Source: Eledone cirrhosa
Taxonomy: Eukaryota
Reading direction: 5' to 3'
Assembly: GCA_964016885.1 (NCBI GenBank)
Contig: OZ024740.1
Span: 332,382,001 to 332,446,000 of the forward strand
Length of the DNA: 64,000 bases
Positions 28,912 to 43,394 of this stretch are shown here, piece after piece. Every line of letters starts with the position of its first letter. Position 1 is the stretch's first letter. The notes below the pieces were generated by a model that saw only the letters and a list, made by a program, of their open reading frames with translations, had not been told where the DNA came from and made no database searches. Both the position numbers and the translations under genes were made by a program.

Positions 28912-29525
28912 AAACAATCATAAAACTTCCTTATTAGATTGAGGAAGTAAAATGCCGGTGAAATGGTAGCATTGGCCTTGGATTTTAAATGTCGCGAAAT
29001 AACCATATTCAGTATGACATTTTTCAGCTCCAAAGGACGTCATCTGAAGCACAGCATTATACCGCATAACATTGCTTCGTGAGTACGGTCTGTAAGTAGT
29101 ATATGGATAAAAGCTGGAGGGTATATTAATTTCAAATAGTATCAATTCTTCCTTGTTCTGTAAAATCAAAGACTAAAACGACTTTATAAAATCTAACGCA
29201 ATATTCTTAGACCTTCCTATCGATCAAAGGATCTATTGTTTAAACCTTTTCTAGACTTTCGTGGGACATTACTCTCTCTGAATATCTAACATTTTAATTG
29301 TATCTCTCTCTGTATAACGGCCTATCTCTCTCTTTCTCCCTCTTCTTCTCTCTAGATGTTTGTGTGTGTTTGTGTATGTGTATGTGTGTATGTGGGTGTG
29401 TGTGTGTGTATGTGTGTGTGTATGTATGTGTGTAATGTTCGTGTGATTCAATGAAACAACTAGCCAACCAGCCAACCAACCAACCAGCCAACCAACCAAT
29501 AAACATATATATTTTATATTATATA
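28668..29525 (-). mobile_element. Non-autonomous Helitron carrying a RepHel remnant
   Basis: Subterminal hairpin CCGG..CCGG (28683-28696) and a decayed CTAG end; 28925-29070 (minus) reads RYNAVLQMTSFGA..TFKIQGQCYHFTGILLP, a motif of Helitron Rep/helicase N-terminal regions. Confidence 0.7.
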
Positions 29526-30355
29526 TGTATATATAGTTGTGTGTATGTGTGCAGCCTGGGATATGAATATCTTGCATATACCTATATGATTCGTGAAATT
29601 ATGAACGTGTGTCGATGTTTTCTTTCAAACGGTTGTGTGGTGTCTGGTTGCAAGTCTTTTAATTTCGGAAATGTTGTTGTAGTGTATCCCCATTCCATCT
29701 TGACAAAGCATTTCTAAGATCAAAAGCAGTCCCGTCTTAATCATCTTATACTTCTATATCCATCACAGTTACTTCAATGTAGCCTACCTGATTATGTTTG
29801 GTTGAGTGATATTTAAATGTGCTTTGCCTAATTCTCTAATATTTCTGACAACTGAGTAAATGTTTACTCGTTGGCTGAGCAGTGAATGACGCATAAATCA
29901 GTGAAAGTAGATATTCTAATCGTGATAATTATAACTACGCCAACTATATTAAAGACGATACGAATTGTACTTTTATAAGACACATGCCACACGTATGCGA
30001 CGATATTTTATCGACAAGAAAATGAAATAAACCGAAGTTAACTACGTGTTAAAATTGTAAACGTAAATGCGGGATTTAATGATTCTATGAACCAATAACG
30101 CCAACAGCGACAACAATACTACTACTAATAATAAAATAAATAGAAGTTACATGTCTTGCCATGGGATGGATATATTACAAAAAGGCATTCTACGTCGTGC
30201 CACAACCTAGTGTCCGGGAATCTTGACGGTGGCGGACAACACCAGACTGCAATTAAGACCTAAGTAAGACCTAAGTACGCCCTGGGAGACAGATTTAATA
30301 CTGAAAAGATTGAATATTAAGAGGTCTATTTTCGTTATTGGTTGTCGCCGTCGTC

Positions 30356-30357
<2 letters not shown>

Positions 30358-30387
<30 letters not shown>

Positions 30388-30668
30388 CTTGAGAGTGTCA
30401 TGGAGGCACAGTTCTAAAATACTTTTTCCAGCGGGTCCGGTCTGCAACAACCGTCTCCAACAGATCCAGCTGAGTCCCCAAGTGAGAGCATCCAAGCTCA
30501 TGTATGTTATCCAGTCATCTATCTCGACGTCTACTACAGGTCTCCGGCCGGTTGGTTTTGCATGTAAAATCTATCCAGTGATTCTTTCGTGAGACATTTT
30601 ATACACATGCTCATAATTCGAAAAAGGAGCAGCTCCACCTAGAGTGACTCTCAGATCTCCGAGCTACG
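30358..30668 (-). mobile_element. Degenerate RTE-type LINE 3' end with (GAA)n tail
   Basis: The minus strand resembles an RTE C-terminus (RSSEI..., R..DDW..Y); similar in layout to 40250-40660. Confidence 0.5.
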
Positions 30669-30857
30669 TAATTTATATTTTATTATTTGTCATTATCCTT
30701 AAACCCATGTCCCTTGTATTCTGAGGAGTGAAGGCAAGATACGAACTGGGAAGAGGAGAGCTTGCCATCAACCACCTCCTCTTCGTGGATGACCCAAACC
30801 TCTTCCGGAAGAGCTAGGAGTTGGATGTACTGTTCGTATTTTCAGGAATTGTATAAG

Positions 30858-32100
30858 TATGGAGATGTTGATATACTGTACTTAAGAATATCTGAAGGAG
30901 GAAAAGATCTCCTCAATATGGAGGATTGTGTTCAGATGCAGAAGAGCTGTTTACACACATCTTTGTCTGAGAGTAAGGATTTAAAGCTTAGGGATCTATT
31001 AAAGGATGATAAAATAGATCAGGGAGTGTCCAAGGAAGACATAATAACAATAAAAAGCTGAAGGAAAAGCCTTTCATAATAGCAATTTTAAGAAAATAGA
31101 ATTCAGAGAAGTGTAATCAGGTGGCTAGTTAAAGAAAGCTGGTCTTAAGAAAGCTATATAGGGAATGCTACTGGTTAGACAGATGCAAGCGCTGGATACT
31201 AAGTGAATGATTCATTATTGTGACAAGAAAGAGGCTAGCCCGTTCTGCAGAATCTGATATAGATCAAACTCTCACCCATCAGTGGTTGCGAAGTACTGGG
31301 CTAAACGCAGAGAGTGAGGGCTTCATTTTGGCTGCACAAGACCAGTGTTTTCCAATGCGATATTGTGATCAGAAATGGAATTGATCCAAAGTGTTAATTC
31401 TGTGATCACCATGTTGAGACCATTGAGCACATGGTTTCACACTGTAAGATATTATCTCTCTGGAATATAACACAAGGCATAATAGAGTAGAACAATACGT
31501 TTACTGGGTAATGTGCAGGATTTATGGTGTAAAACGGAGGGAAAATTGTACAACCATCAACCAGATGCATTAATCGGAGACGAAAAAGTTGCAATCCTCT
31601 GTGATTTTTATGTGAATACTGACAGAAATATTAAGGCCAACAGACCTGATATAATTGTGAAGGACCATAAAGAAAAAAACATGTTTCTTAATGGAAATGA
31701 GCATTCCATCAGATCGTAACAACTCCCCGAAAGAGATTGGAAAGCTCAGTATGTATAAACACCTACCAACTGAAATTGAGAAAATGGGTTTCTTAAGGTT
31801 CATAATACAAGTGATAGTCGGCGCACTTGTAATGAATAAAAAGGGTACTGAAAAATATTTGAACCGGATATCTGGAAAGCCATTTCTGCAAGAGATAGAG
31901 AAAACAATGCTGACTGGCACTGTCCATGTCCCGAGAAGGGCATTATCAATATGAAACCTTGCAAAGGCATTTACTGATGTGTGTGCCCTTATGGCATCGC
32001 GTGTATAATATGTGTATTATCAAATTTTGCCCCAGGTCTCAGTTTGAGACTCGGCATCGTTTGGGAAAGAAGTTTTCAAAGGAAGTCTCAAAAAACAAAA
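30858..32100 (+). pseudogene. Decayed Dong/R4-like LINE fragments (two juxtaposed subfamilies) with A/(CAA)n/(TAA)n tail
   Basis: DVDILYLRISEGG..EDCVQM (homologous to 180-260); EGFILAAQDQ; ILCDF..TDRNIKANRPDIIV; VIVGAL..GTVHVPRRALSI. Confidence 0.8.
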
Positions 32101-32102
32101 AA

Positions 32103-32190
<88 letters not shown>

Positions 32191-32191
32191 T

Positions 32192-32392
32192 GACTATCTC
32201 CAAAAGTTTCCAGGGATGGTTAAAGAAAATCGGCCCCTTCACGCTTTTTGGAACGCTTCAAAAGGCATGCTTGCTGGGAACAGCAAGAACCCTCCGATAC
32301 GTCCTGAATATCTGAGGCTGCAGGTAGTGGCTTGATATTCATTCCAACGGACTTTCCAGTTAACCAACATCAATGACTGAGATTCAAGGAAT
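32192..32392 (+). mobile_element. 5'-truncated young copy of the Dong/R4-like element at 1-1225
   Basis: Near-identical to 1025-1225; (TAA)n on both sides. Confidence 0.92.
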
Positions 32393-32444
32393 AACAACAA
32401 TAATAATTATAATAATAATAATAATAATAATAATGATAATAATG

Positions 32445-32695
32445 GTTTCGGGTATAAGCACAAGGCCAGAAATTTGGGGAGAGGGGAAAGTCGATTAAAT
32501 CGACACCAGTGCATTGCTCGTGCTTTATTCTATCCAACCCGTAAGGATGAAAAGCAAAGCTAACCTCGGCAGGATTTGAACTCAAAATGTAAGGGGACGT
32601 AACTCTGTGCCGTGAAGCATGTTATCCAACGTTTCATAATAACAATGATAATTGTTTCTACTTTTGGCACAAGGCCAGCAATTACCCCATTGCAT
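32445..32695 (-). mobile_element. tRNA-derived SINE (7878 family)
   Basis: CCCGTAAGGATGAAA..GGATTTGAACTC reverse-complement core and B box. Confidence 0.8.
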
Positions 32696-35069
32696 TATTG
32701 TTAATCATAATAACAATAAGAGGAAGGAGGAGTGTATAATGACAATAACAACGACAACCATGGTCTTACATTCACAGAAGAGCTAAGGATTTAAAAAGAA
32801 GTTTAGTTGATCTAATTGATAACGGCCGGTTTAAGTCTGTAATCAGCCTATTCAAATAAGTTGGAATTTATTACATCTGTTGCGTGAATTTCGATTTATT
32901 AATGTTACAATTAAGATCTAAGAACAATAATATCTTCCTCGTTGCTGAAGTTTTGTTTTCCTGGATACAAATCTCGTATTTATGTATTGTATTCACCTCT
33001 TAAGTTAATCGCGTGTACAATTGAGATAATGCTGATATTGGTTAAATATTACGAATATTATCTTAATACTCAGTAGATGTGTTAGACTAAGATATCTTTT
33101 ATTTCAGTTACTCAAGTAATTATAAAACGCTTCCCTGGTAACCTTATCAGTTGCACATTTTAGATATTTCTATGATTTCTTATGATACTACTTTGTTACT
33201 TAATTAAATATTTTCTACGAAGATGACACTGCCACATAAATATGATAACATTTTGTTCAAATGTGAATACAAATGTGTTAAAGAGAAAAAATATTCACAA
33301 TTCAAATCTAACCTGTTTTAATGCCAGATAATCCACTGATTATGATACACGCCAGCTGACTCAGAATAAAATTCTTAATGTTTAGCATACTGTTAACAAA
33401 TTTTAATACAGAATATTCCAAGATAGCATCAAAAAAATTCCTCACAAAACCATTAACTGTTTACTGATCTGCTTTCAGATATGACAACTTCCAAAGGTTA
33501 CCATAACTTCCCACGAGTATTCAGAGAATTTCGATTTTATTGATAAAAGATTTAAATTTTAAACAAGAATATGAAAGTTAAATGCAAGACGGATTATAAA
33601 TTGACAATAGAAATTAAGCCAGTAGGGAAAAAATAAAAAATAAATCCAAATAAAATCTGTCATCTTTGAATACAATATCTTTTTTTCTACATTCTCAAGT
33701 GACATCAATTTTAATAAACAACGAAACAAAACATCTTTTTGACTACTTAAGCGAAGTAGTTGCAACGGTGGAAAAAAAAAGGAAATAGTAAAGGAATTAA
33801 AATTGTTGTTGCGATTAGAAACGAAATACTACTTTTTATGTTATATTAAAAATACTCTGCTAGTGTTAGCACATTTCTAAGTAGAATCTTTCAGCCACTG
33901 GATGAAAGGAAACATGTATTAATTTTGATTTGGTACATGATGAAGATATATTATTATAATTACTTTTGAACTTCATATTCATGCATTAAAATGGTTGATG
34001 AAAAAAGAATAATATAGGTTTACAACGAGTCTCGCTATTAAGAAAATTTGATCTGTTTGAAAATGAAGGAAAGACGTTTGATTGAGTTTCACATCCCTTC
34101 TTATAAAATTAATGATAATACAGTAAGTGGGTGAGAAATCATCTCTAGTGTGGGATAACATAAAATATACATGAGCTAAGATAAAATATACAAGATAAAA
34201 TATACAAGATACGAAGAAAAATCTCGCCAGTCACAGAAAATACTCAAAGTAAGAGAAGTTGTTATAGATTTATAATATAAATATCATTACACTTAGCATG
34301 TGCACAGTGAAAAGTCAGGAAAACAGGCCAGAACGATGAATATGATTCCATAATTTAAAAAAGAAATGTCTAGATGTTCAATACTGAAAGCCAGAAAATA
34401 ATATAACGCCTTAGAAATCTTTTGAAACGCTAACAGAAACAAAAACCAATAAACAGCAAGAACTAGATTGAGATTTGAAATAGAGTGTGGATGGAAATAT
34501 ATTTTCAATAATACATATATCCCCTCATGTCCGCATATGTGCTTTTAAATTTACGTGCAATAAGCACATGCGTACACACATATACATCGCATACATGCAT
34601 ATATGCACAAATGAAAATACTGCTTACCTAAATATTCTCTAAAAACTTTACAATAGCTGAGAACATTATGATCTAACAGTAGGGTGACTGAAGGGCAGGC
34701 TGATAAGCAAATGTCCCGAAGTATATTTGATATATAAAGCTGTGTAAGTGACTACCACAGAACCCTTGTAACAATTTAGTATGATAACACAAATGCATTC
34801 GATTCTGTTTCCAAATATTGGTTTTGAACTCATTCCACTTGGAGAATGTACCTGCTGTCTAAATCACTATTATCGTCTATCTCACAAAGATCTGGTCAAC
34901 AATCCTCACACTTGTAACTGAAAGTGGAAAGATTGTCTGCGATGATATAAATATGCCGAAGGAAATAACCGAAGGACATATTCTATTCACCTGTTTATGT
35001 TGGCAACAAGTCATTTGATATTCTGTGACAAAACATGCAGTGGTCATGGGCTATGTTTAAACACCCCTC

Positions 35070-35143
<74 letters not shown>

Positions 35144-36529
35144 ATATATATATATATACCAATCTATCAATTTTTATACATACATAAACAGATACAAGCC
35201 GATATGCATGGTCCCCATTGTCCAGAACTTCTCATCAACTGAACGTATTGGTATTACCTTTTGTTATTTGATTATAAACAATTTCACGTGGAATATTTGA
35301 CTACTGGTTATTTGGGCAAATTCAATTAAATATTCTTCGTTTCAGTCAAGGCTGTTTATATCTTATAACATAACACCACATTTGTTTCAATACATTGACA
35401 ATATCTATTTGCAATCAATTTACATGATATGAAAATTCACACATTATTATCAATAGTTAATAAACAATTGTATTCTTCTCTAGACGTCACATTAGAAACA
35501 TGTTCAACGACGTTAATAACGAAGTAATCAATATGTTAGATTTAGTTCATTAAATATATTAGAATATAAATATACGCATATAATGCTTTATCATTTCAAA
35601 TTTTCAGGTTACGTTCTAATTGCACTAAATTCCACTTACTACACAGAATATAATAAAACAAACGTATATGGCATTATATTATCTCATCCCTGTCAATATA
35701 TATTATAAGTAATAAACAAATTTAGAGAATTTATCTCATGAGTCTGGTCAGGCTGAAATTTTCAATTAAGAAAAGTTGATTGATTCGACTTTTGTAAACT
35801 CTATAATTAAACATAATAATTATCTATTTTGTTGAAAGTATTCTTTTATTAAGTGCCGGATTTCCAAAAACGAAGATTCTTTTCTGTTGATATCTTTAAA
35901 TAATTTTGATCAGTAAAGAAATTAATTACTTACTCTTCAGCCAAGAAAATTTGACTTTTCTAAGAATAAGAATGGCGCAGACAATAAATTTTGTGTTTCA
36001 TGGGTTAATAGTTTTCTTTTAAACAAACAACAAAAGCAAACAGGCATTTTATTCTATCGCTACTGAAACAAAATACGTGATTTTCTCGTTAATCATACTT
36101 TTGTGTTAAAAATTGTCGATGATATCTTAATTTAAGTATTTTCAATCCACATAGAGATTTGCTTGTAATCATCTTTCTGATAACAACTAATATAACCTAC
36201 TGCAGATACACCGTATAATGAACTGGTAACACTTCTAGGCGTTTCTTGTAGTCAAAGTGACCCGACTTTCCATCAACTGTATATCGCATTCGTTTCATTA
36301 CAAAATACCTTATAGTGACAAATCAAAGTGAACATTGAGATATTAAGATATAATATTATACAGACAAGACGAATGCATTTTATGCTGCGATAGATATAGT
36401 AGAGGTAATGGCTATATATCACTCCTTTCATAGATCCATGATCATATATTTGGTGTCCTTGAAATATGTATAATGAAATAAATATGGTTTTATAAATATA
36501 GTTTCCATTTGTTAATATATTGTATATAT

Positions 36530-36586
<57 letters not shown>

Positions 36587-36603
36587 AATATATATATACA
36601 TAA

Positions 36604-36706
<103 letters not shown>

Positions 36707-36954
36707 TCTATGAAAGGAGTGATATATAGCCATTACCTCTACTATATCTATCTATATCTATATATAAATATATTGACGCACTGGGGTTAGATATCTTTTC
36801 TTTAATGCGTAGAAATATCCATGAATCCCACCAGACAACTGAAGGAACGTTTTCTCCCGTTCGTGCTTTCCTCATATTTATAAGTACACCTTATCCACCA
36901 ACTATACATCGCCTGTTTTGCTTCCTCTCTCTCTTTCTTTCTCTGTCTCTTTCA

Positions 36955-37098
<144 letters not shown>

Positions 37099-37409
37099 GG
37101 GGGATATGATGGTTGAGTGAGGATGGGAAGAGCCGATGGTAGGTCAGCAGACAACAGAATACTTAAAGCAGAGATGCTGTCGGTAGTGTTTAGGTTTGGT
37201 GTTAGGTTACAATTGCCATTCAGGTGACAACAACATCGACAATAACAGAAGCCGTAGCATTAACGTCAATACCAGGTAACAGATCAAACCGTAATGTCCA
37301 TATTAGTAGTAGTAAGATTAATGATAATATCAAAGAAGGCAATAATTCGTATTAATAGTATTATTTGTAATGGACACTTTATCATTAATACCTTCTTCCA
37401 GCTCAGAAA

Positions 37410-38400
37410 TATCCATACATGATATAAGGGCAATCAGGGACAAAGATCAATAATTGGTTTTGTTATTGTCTCTTATCTCTTCGAATATGCGCAGGATGTT
37501 CGTGTTAAGAACGGGCAAAGCTGTCAAATGATTGTCATGTTGTTATCTGCAGCTTGAGACTACCTAAAGTCAGAGAGGCCCACAAAATTAACAAGTCTAC
37601 GTCGACCTATATGGTAATGTGAGGAGCGATGGTGGATAAGGAAGTCAGGACCAGGCATGCGGATGCTATTGTATTCAAGTTCAAAGAATTCCCATTTGCA
37701 AACTGAGGACGTTCAAAGAGTATGGTGACTGTTCAGCTTGCTGGGCTTCTGTTTCAGCTGTTAAAACTGCGTGCATAAGCGGTTTGGTGTGGCGTTCTGT
37801 GGCAGGAGGACCCCTTGGTTAAATCAAGAGGTTACAGATGTCAGCGGAGAAAGAAAATAAGGCCTACAAAGATTGGATTGGAAATAACTGCTCCTTCTTG
37901 CATTTGCGGTGCAAACAGGTGGGAAACGTCACAAAAAGTGTCAGTGACGGCATCCAAAGTTACGATATTGGAGAACATACAAGCTTGGCTGGAGTCTTAC
38001 TTCAGATCAGCAAATAGACGCTTCTAGCAGACCACCCACCAACTTCATAATGAGAACCCCTCCTCCACAGCTGCTCTTAGGAACACGTCTGGTGTCCTCA
38101 TCCCTTCAGAAGGTGCATGCAAGCGAGGTGGAGAGAATACTTTGCTCATCTATTAAACTCAAGCACAGCAACCTATTCTGATGTACATAATGTGGATCCG
38201 GCAGTGATGACTATTCTCTCGGAGGTTGGGGTCAAACGAGCAGCTAAAGAGCTCAAATCTGGCAAGGCCTGTGGGATGATGAAATTCAGCCGATATATTA
38301 ATAGCCTTAAATAGTAAAGGTAATATATGACTAAGTTGTGTGTGCCGACTGCGCTGCATCTCTGGAAAGGCTCCTTGGTAATGACAATCAGGAGCGATAA
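37410..38400 (+). pseudogene. Highly decayed RTE LINE fragment (APE C-terminus to RT N-terminus)
   Basis: GQRSII.FVIVS, RWREYFAHLLN and KELKSGKACG motifs with many stops. Confidence 0.65.
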
Positions 38401-38458
38401 TCCCAATTTTCAAAAAGGTAAAAAACGGATATATATATATATATATAATGAGAGGTAT

Positions 38459-38505
<47 letters not shown>

Positions 38506-38508
<3 letters not shown>

Positions 38509-39015
38509 CGAAGGAAATGTGGTAAGGAACCAGGTGGACCATAACGCACCAAAGTACTCAATACTTGGGGTAGTAGAGTGGGTAATAGGAACCGGTAAGA
38601 CCCCGACGGCTGAGCTCAAGCCGTTTCGACGGCTAATTCTGGACTAAATGAAAATTTATCCTGGTATTTAAATAGCCGATCTTCTCAAGGGGTAATTCCA
38701 TAAATGGTCAAAGTGATTGTCAAAAGTCAGTAGTAATTCTGTGATTGCAAATTAGTAGGGGAGATGGTGGCTAAACCTGCCAGTAGGAGAAAGAGGGGAG
38801 GGGGTGGAGTAGACCCAAACAAGCGTTGGTAGTGCCAGCTACAGCTGGGCATGAGGTCAAAGAAGATACTGGGGAGGGGGAGGGGGAGGAGGAAGTCGGA
38901 ACGGTAAGTAGAACAATGAAGGGTAAAACTATAAAAAGTACTGAGAGAGAAAAAAAATAAGCAAAGTCTGGTTCCTAAGTCTTAAGTCTCTCGCTATTGC
39001 TAGGCTAAAGAAATA
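38506..39015 (-). mobile_element. pLTR fragment of the 25971-28588 family with hammerhead (38600-38693) and tail
   Basis: Reverse complement of about 28060-28588 with deletions; (TA)n flanks. Confidence 0.88.
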
Positions 39016-39152
39016 CATATATATATTTTTCACTGCTACAAGGGATTTAGTCTTCTTTCTTGACCGGTGTATCACGTGATAGTATCTACCTCCGCCTTTT
39101 TGAGATTTTCTCTCATGCTACGGATGTGTCTGGAAGCGCTCTTTCCCTGAGG

Positions 39153-39249
39153 TGTTCCCTTGAAAAGCTGGCTTACCTCACAACAATGTTACATCTCTAG
39201 GATGTAAGATTTTGTGCATACTAACCAGCGAAAATGTACAGTCGGGACA
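39153..39249 (+). ncRNA. U3-A8 variant hammerhead, second family
   Basis: UCCC-UUGAAAA-GCUGG..CCAGC-GAAAA-UGUACA-GUC-GGGA; in a TA-flanked fragment at about 39026-39305. Confidence 0.65.
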
Positions 39250-39362
39250 TTGAAAAAAAATAGGTATATATCTGTGTCTACTACTTCTTCTTACTTTATA
39301 ATTGTTATATATATATATATATATATATGTGTGTATATATATATATGGGAGGAGTAGGAGTG

Positions 39363-39410
<48 letters not shown>

Positions 39411-39417
39411 CCCACAC

Positions 39418-39472
<55 letters not shown>

Positions 39473-40249
39473 GCTGTAAGTATACAGTGCTTCAGACAGC
39501 GACAAAACAGGCTGCTGTTGGCATAGTAGAGGTGTGAGCTGACCAGTATAGGGAACGGCAGTGGGTGGCCAGTTGTGTATCTGTATAGGCATATATAGAG
39601 TGTTGAATTATTATTAGTGAAACAAAATGAATTGTAAAAATAAAAGTAAAAATGAAATAAAATGTAAATAAACAATGTAAATATCAATGAGATAAATAAC
39701 TAGAAATGAAACAAGAAAAGGAAAGAGAAATAAGAAAAAGAAAACCATCAGCACACGGAGATATTTGAGCGCGTTTAACTATGTGGAATTCTGTGCACAC
39801 ATGCAAACACACACACACACACACACACATAAGTAGAAACAGTCGCCGCAGGTGATTGTCGGGAAAGAAAAACGATGGCGGACATGATCATCGCCAGATC
39901 TTATGTCGTGAGTATAGCAGTAAGAGAAACTATATACAGCTGTATATATATTAGTTTGTTCTGAAGGAAAGGAAATGCTCGAGGTTAATGAAGTTGATGT
40001 CGACAATGTTCGGTCGATATTCGTTCGCATTCGGGAATTTTGAGGTGTTCTGTGATATAATAAAATTGTATATTAATAAACTGTCATGTGTGTTAATATT
40101 TGTTATGCTGGAATAATAATATTTTTTTGTTGTTTATCGGTGAACAGAAAATGTTATATGTTCTTTTTTTTTAAAGCGTATTATACTTAGTAAAATTACG
40201 ATGCGTTTGAGAGAAGATAATATCACTGGTTGAAGAGGAAAATTAGTGT

Positions 40250-40264
40250 TGTTGTTGCTGTTGC

Positions 40265-40295
<31 letters not shown>

Positions 40296-40665
40296 CTTCT
40301 TCTTCTTCTTCTTCTTCTTCTTCTTCTTCTTCTTCTTCTTCTTCTTCTTCTTCTTCTTCTTCTTCTTCGCCCACTTGTTCCTTAGGGGCAGAGTCCTCAA
40401 ACACTCCTTCTAGCGCGTTCTGTCAGCAGAAGCAATTATCTCCAATTGATCCGGCTGGATACCCAAGCGAGACCAGCCAAGCTCATGGAAGTTATCCAAC
40501 CTTTTCACTCGGGGTCCATCGCTGGGTCCCGTAAAATCTGTCCAGCGATATTTTTCTGATCTCTCAATTCGGATTAATAGCGAAGCTACCTTGGTAAACC
40601 TTTGATCTCAGAGCTCCACATTCTATCGAGTAACGTTACTCCAAAGACCCTTCGGAGGAATCCCT
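40250..40665 (-). mobile_element. Degenerate RTE LINE 3' end with (AAG)n(AAC)n tail
   Basis: Minus strand reads FLRRVFGVTLLDRMWSSEI. Confidence 0.6.
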
Positions 40666-42271
40666 TTTTGGTCACTTGTATTCGCGATTTCACTATTGTA
40701 TTCTTTCGGTCATCAGTCAAGATTGTTAAAAGTGAAAATAATGACGAATGAGAGAAGAAGGAAAGATGTAAGAGGAAAAAGAGAAAAGTTGGAGAAGAGG
40801 GTAATACAAGATTTACGTTTTGCATACTTTCAGACCTGTGGAGATATTACTTTCATATTTTTGAAGGCTGTGTATTACCTAAGCTACTGTTTAAATAAAG
40901 TTCTAAATAGATATTTCAAAACTTTGTTTTGCACAGATGCCATTATTTTTGTCAAATTTAATGCTATAGTTTAAAGCCTTTTCTGTCAATTGATACAGGT
41001 CTCACGTAGCCATTATTAACCAATGAATAATACTATGAGGTAGAAGTACATAAGTATTTTTATTTATGTCCTACTATGTATGAGCAACTGAATACATTTT
41101 ATAACCTTTTACTCATAGAATTGCAATCGGACATTCCAAATATGTATCTTAGGTATGAAACCCAACATACACCATGTATGAAATACTAAAATCAATATAT
41201 TTTGTAAATACGTAAGTTATAATCTTGTAATTTTCAATTATTACATTTTGTTTATTAGTTCTCCATTATATCGTGTGAATTTCAATTGCTGTGTTTGAAG
41301 TCTCATCTTCTTAATTGCCTTGTACTACAGCATATATATATATGATTAATATCATATTATGTACGCCTAATTTCAAACCAAAATTTACTGTCATTATAAA
41401 CTCCTCGAGTGGCATTCTTGATTTAATACATGAATTAATCTCTATATGTTTAGCTGTATGCTTTTGTTAATATATTCTATATATATATACATGAGATGAA
41501 TTCCTTTTCACATACTGAATTCCTTATTCTGTATATAACGTAATCATTTAACAAATATTTGAATGCTACTCATAGAACTTTCGTAAATGTCTAGAATTGT
41601 TGTGTAATCTCATCTTGTAATATGTCTCAACATATATTTCGGCAGAGCAAGAAATAATGAATATTTCTAAAAATGTTTGTAGCTTTGTTCGAAGTCAGGC
41701 ATGATACAGGAGGCCTATGATCAAAGAAGTCCCACTCAAAATAGTAATGACTTATGGGTGATATGTTTAGAAGATGAAATAGAAACACTTTTATGCGATA
41801 CGTAAGGGATAATGTCAGCATGTGCCCATATTATTTTTGGGAGAGCTTAGCTTAAGCAATTTGAATTTTTTTTTTTTTTAATATACTATGGGATTGAAAA
41901 CGTTAATTCGTGATAAGTAATTTCTAAAAATTACATATATGGGCTGCAATTTCAGCACGAGTATTTGAGAAGACATCAGACTGGATGAGTGTGAAAATAC
42001 GGAGAGACAAAACGGTAAAAATGAAAGGTACAGCAGGATCAGTGAAGTGGATAGAAATGTAGTACTATATGATATACATAAATGAGTTTATGCAGTAGTA
42101 GTTATAAAGTGTCCTGGTATATCAATGACGGTGATGTGAGTGCGATTGAATACTTCTTGTGAAATCGACCATCTGATATGTGTGTGACTTCTGTACCGGT
42201 ATTTCAGGCCATATAGATTGATAGAATTATATGTTGTAAGGAATATGTAATATGTGTATAGAGGTTAATGT

Positions 42272-42331
<60 letters not shown>

Positions 42332-42334
<3 letters not shown>

Positions 42335-43377
42335 TAATCTATAAAGCTCAGTGTGTGGTCATGCTCCTTTCTTACAGAAATCTACGATATAGAATTTCTT
42401 CAATTGAAATTTACAATTCAGTATCGAAATAGTTTCGATTGCGTCTTGGCACATCTCATTTTTTCAATTTCACCCACAATTACGCAAAAAATAGATAAAA
42501 CTCAATATTTTACGATTTTTCCCTGTCATTTAAACTGCTAAACTCTTTCCACTACCATTCAAAATCTATACAACTTCATACTTTCTGCTACTTTCTCTTT
42601 CCAAGCTTGATGGTGATACTGTCCGTATTACTCTGTCATATCATCTGCCTACCTCTATCTACAACCCACACATTTTGCTACTTTCTCTTTTATACTTCAA
42701 ATAATTACATTTCATACGAAACGACAATTATTCAAAAGCAACAGATACATTTATTCAACAACAAGCGATAAATCTTTTTTAAAACCTCTTTTCCAAACGC
42801 ATACAAACACACACTCACTTCAACAACAACAACAACAATCTGCCTTTTATAGATAATGATAAACAATAATATCCTCTATGAGGTCACTAAACCTCCCTAC
42901 TGTCTTAAATTTAGAAAACATCTTTTCTATGAGGTCACTAAACCTGCTAGAAACAGCAGCTAACTCTCCTCCATATCACACCACTCCCTACTGTCTTAAA
43001 TTTAGAAAACACATATCCTCTATGAGGTCACTAAACCTGCTAGAAACAACAGCTAACTCTCCCTCATATCACAACCCTCCCTACTGTCTTAAATTTAGAA
43101 AACACACAGAACTCCATCGCAGCTCTGTTGTTCAGCTGGCATCGTCTACGCGCGTGTTGCGCAAGTACTGTGAAACAATACATTTCCACACTTTTTTGCA
43201 CAGAGATAATATCCATAGGCGAAACTACAATTGTCACTGCTGGTGCAGCTCCTGCTTCCAGGTCTGCAATTCATTCACCCAGTACCTGGCAGACAGAAAA
43301 GTGCTGCCATAAAATGGGTGGTGCAACCTAACTTTGGTAACTTAATGACCCCGAGCAACGCCGGGCTTTAATGCTAG
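42332..43377 (+). mobile_element. Non-autonomous Helitron
   Basis: 5' TC after A, 3' hairpin CCCG..CGGG (43350-43365) then CTAG (43374-77) before T; sits in (TA)n. Confidence 0.75.
42869..43105. repeat. Minisatellite of about 85 bp (three units, the first deleted) inside the Helitron
   Basis: TCTATGAGGTCACTAAACCT..CCCTACTGTCTTAAATTTAGAAAACA occurs three times. Confidence 0.9.
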
Positions 43378-43394
43378 TATATATATATAATCTA

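Noticed and set aside
42869-43105. Repeat-spacer-like pattern (CRISPR)
   Set aside because: The intervening segments are themselves repeated; a minisatellite in a eukaryotic Helitron.
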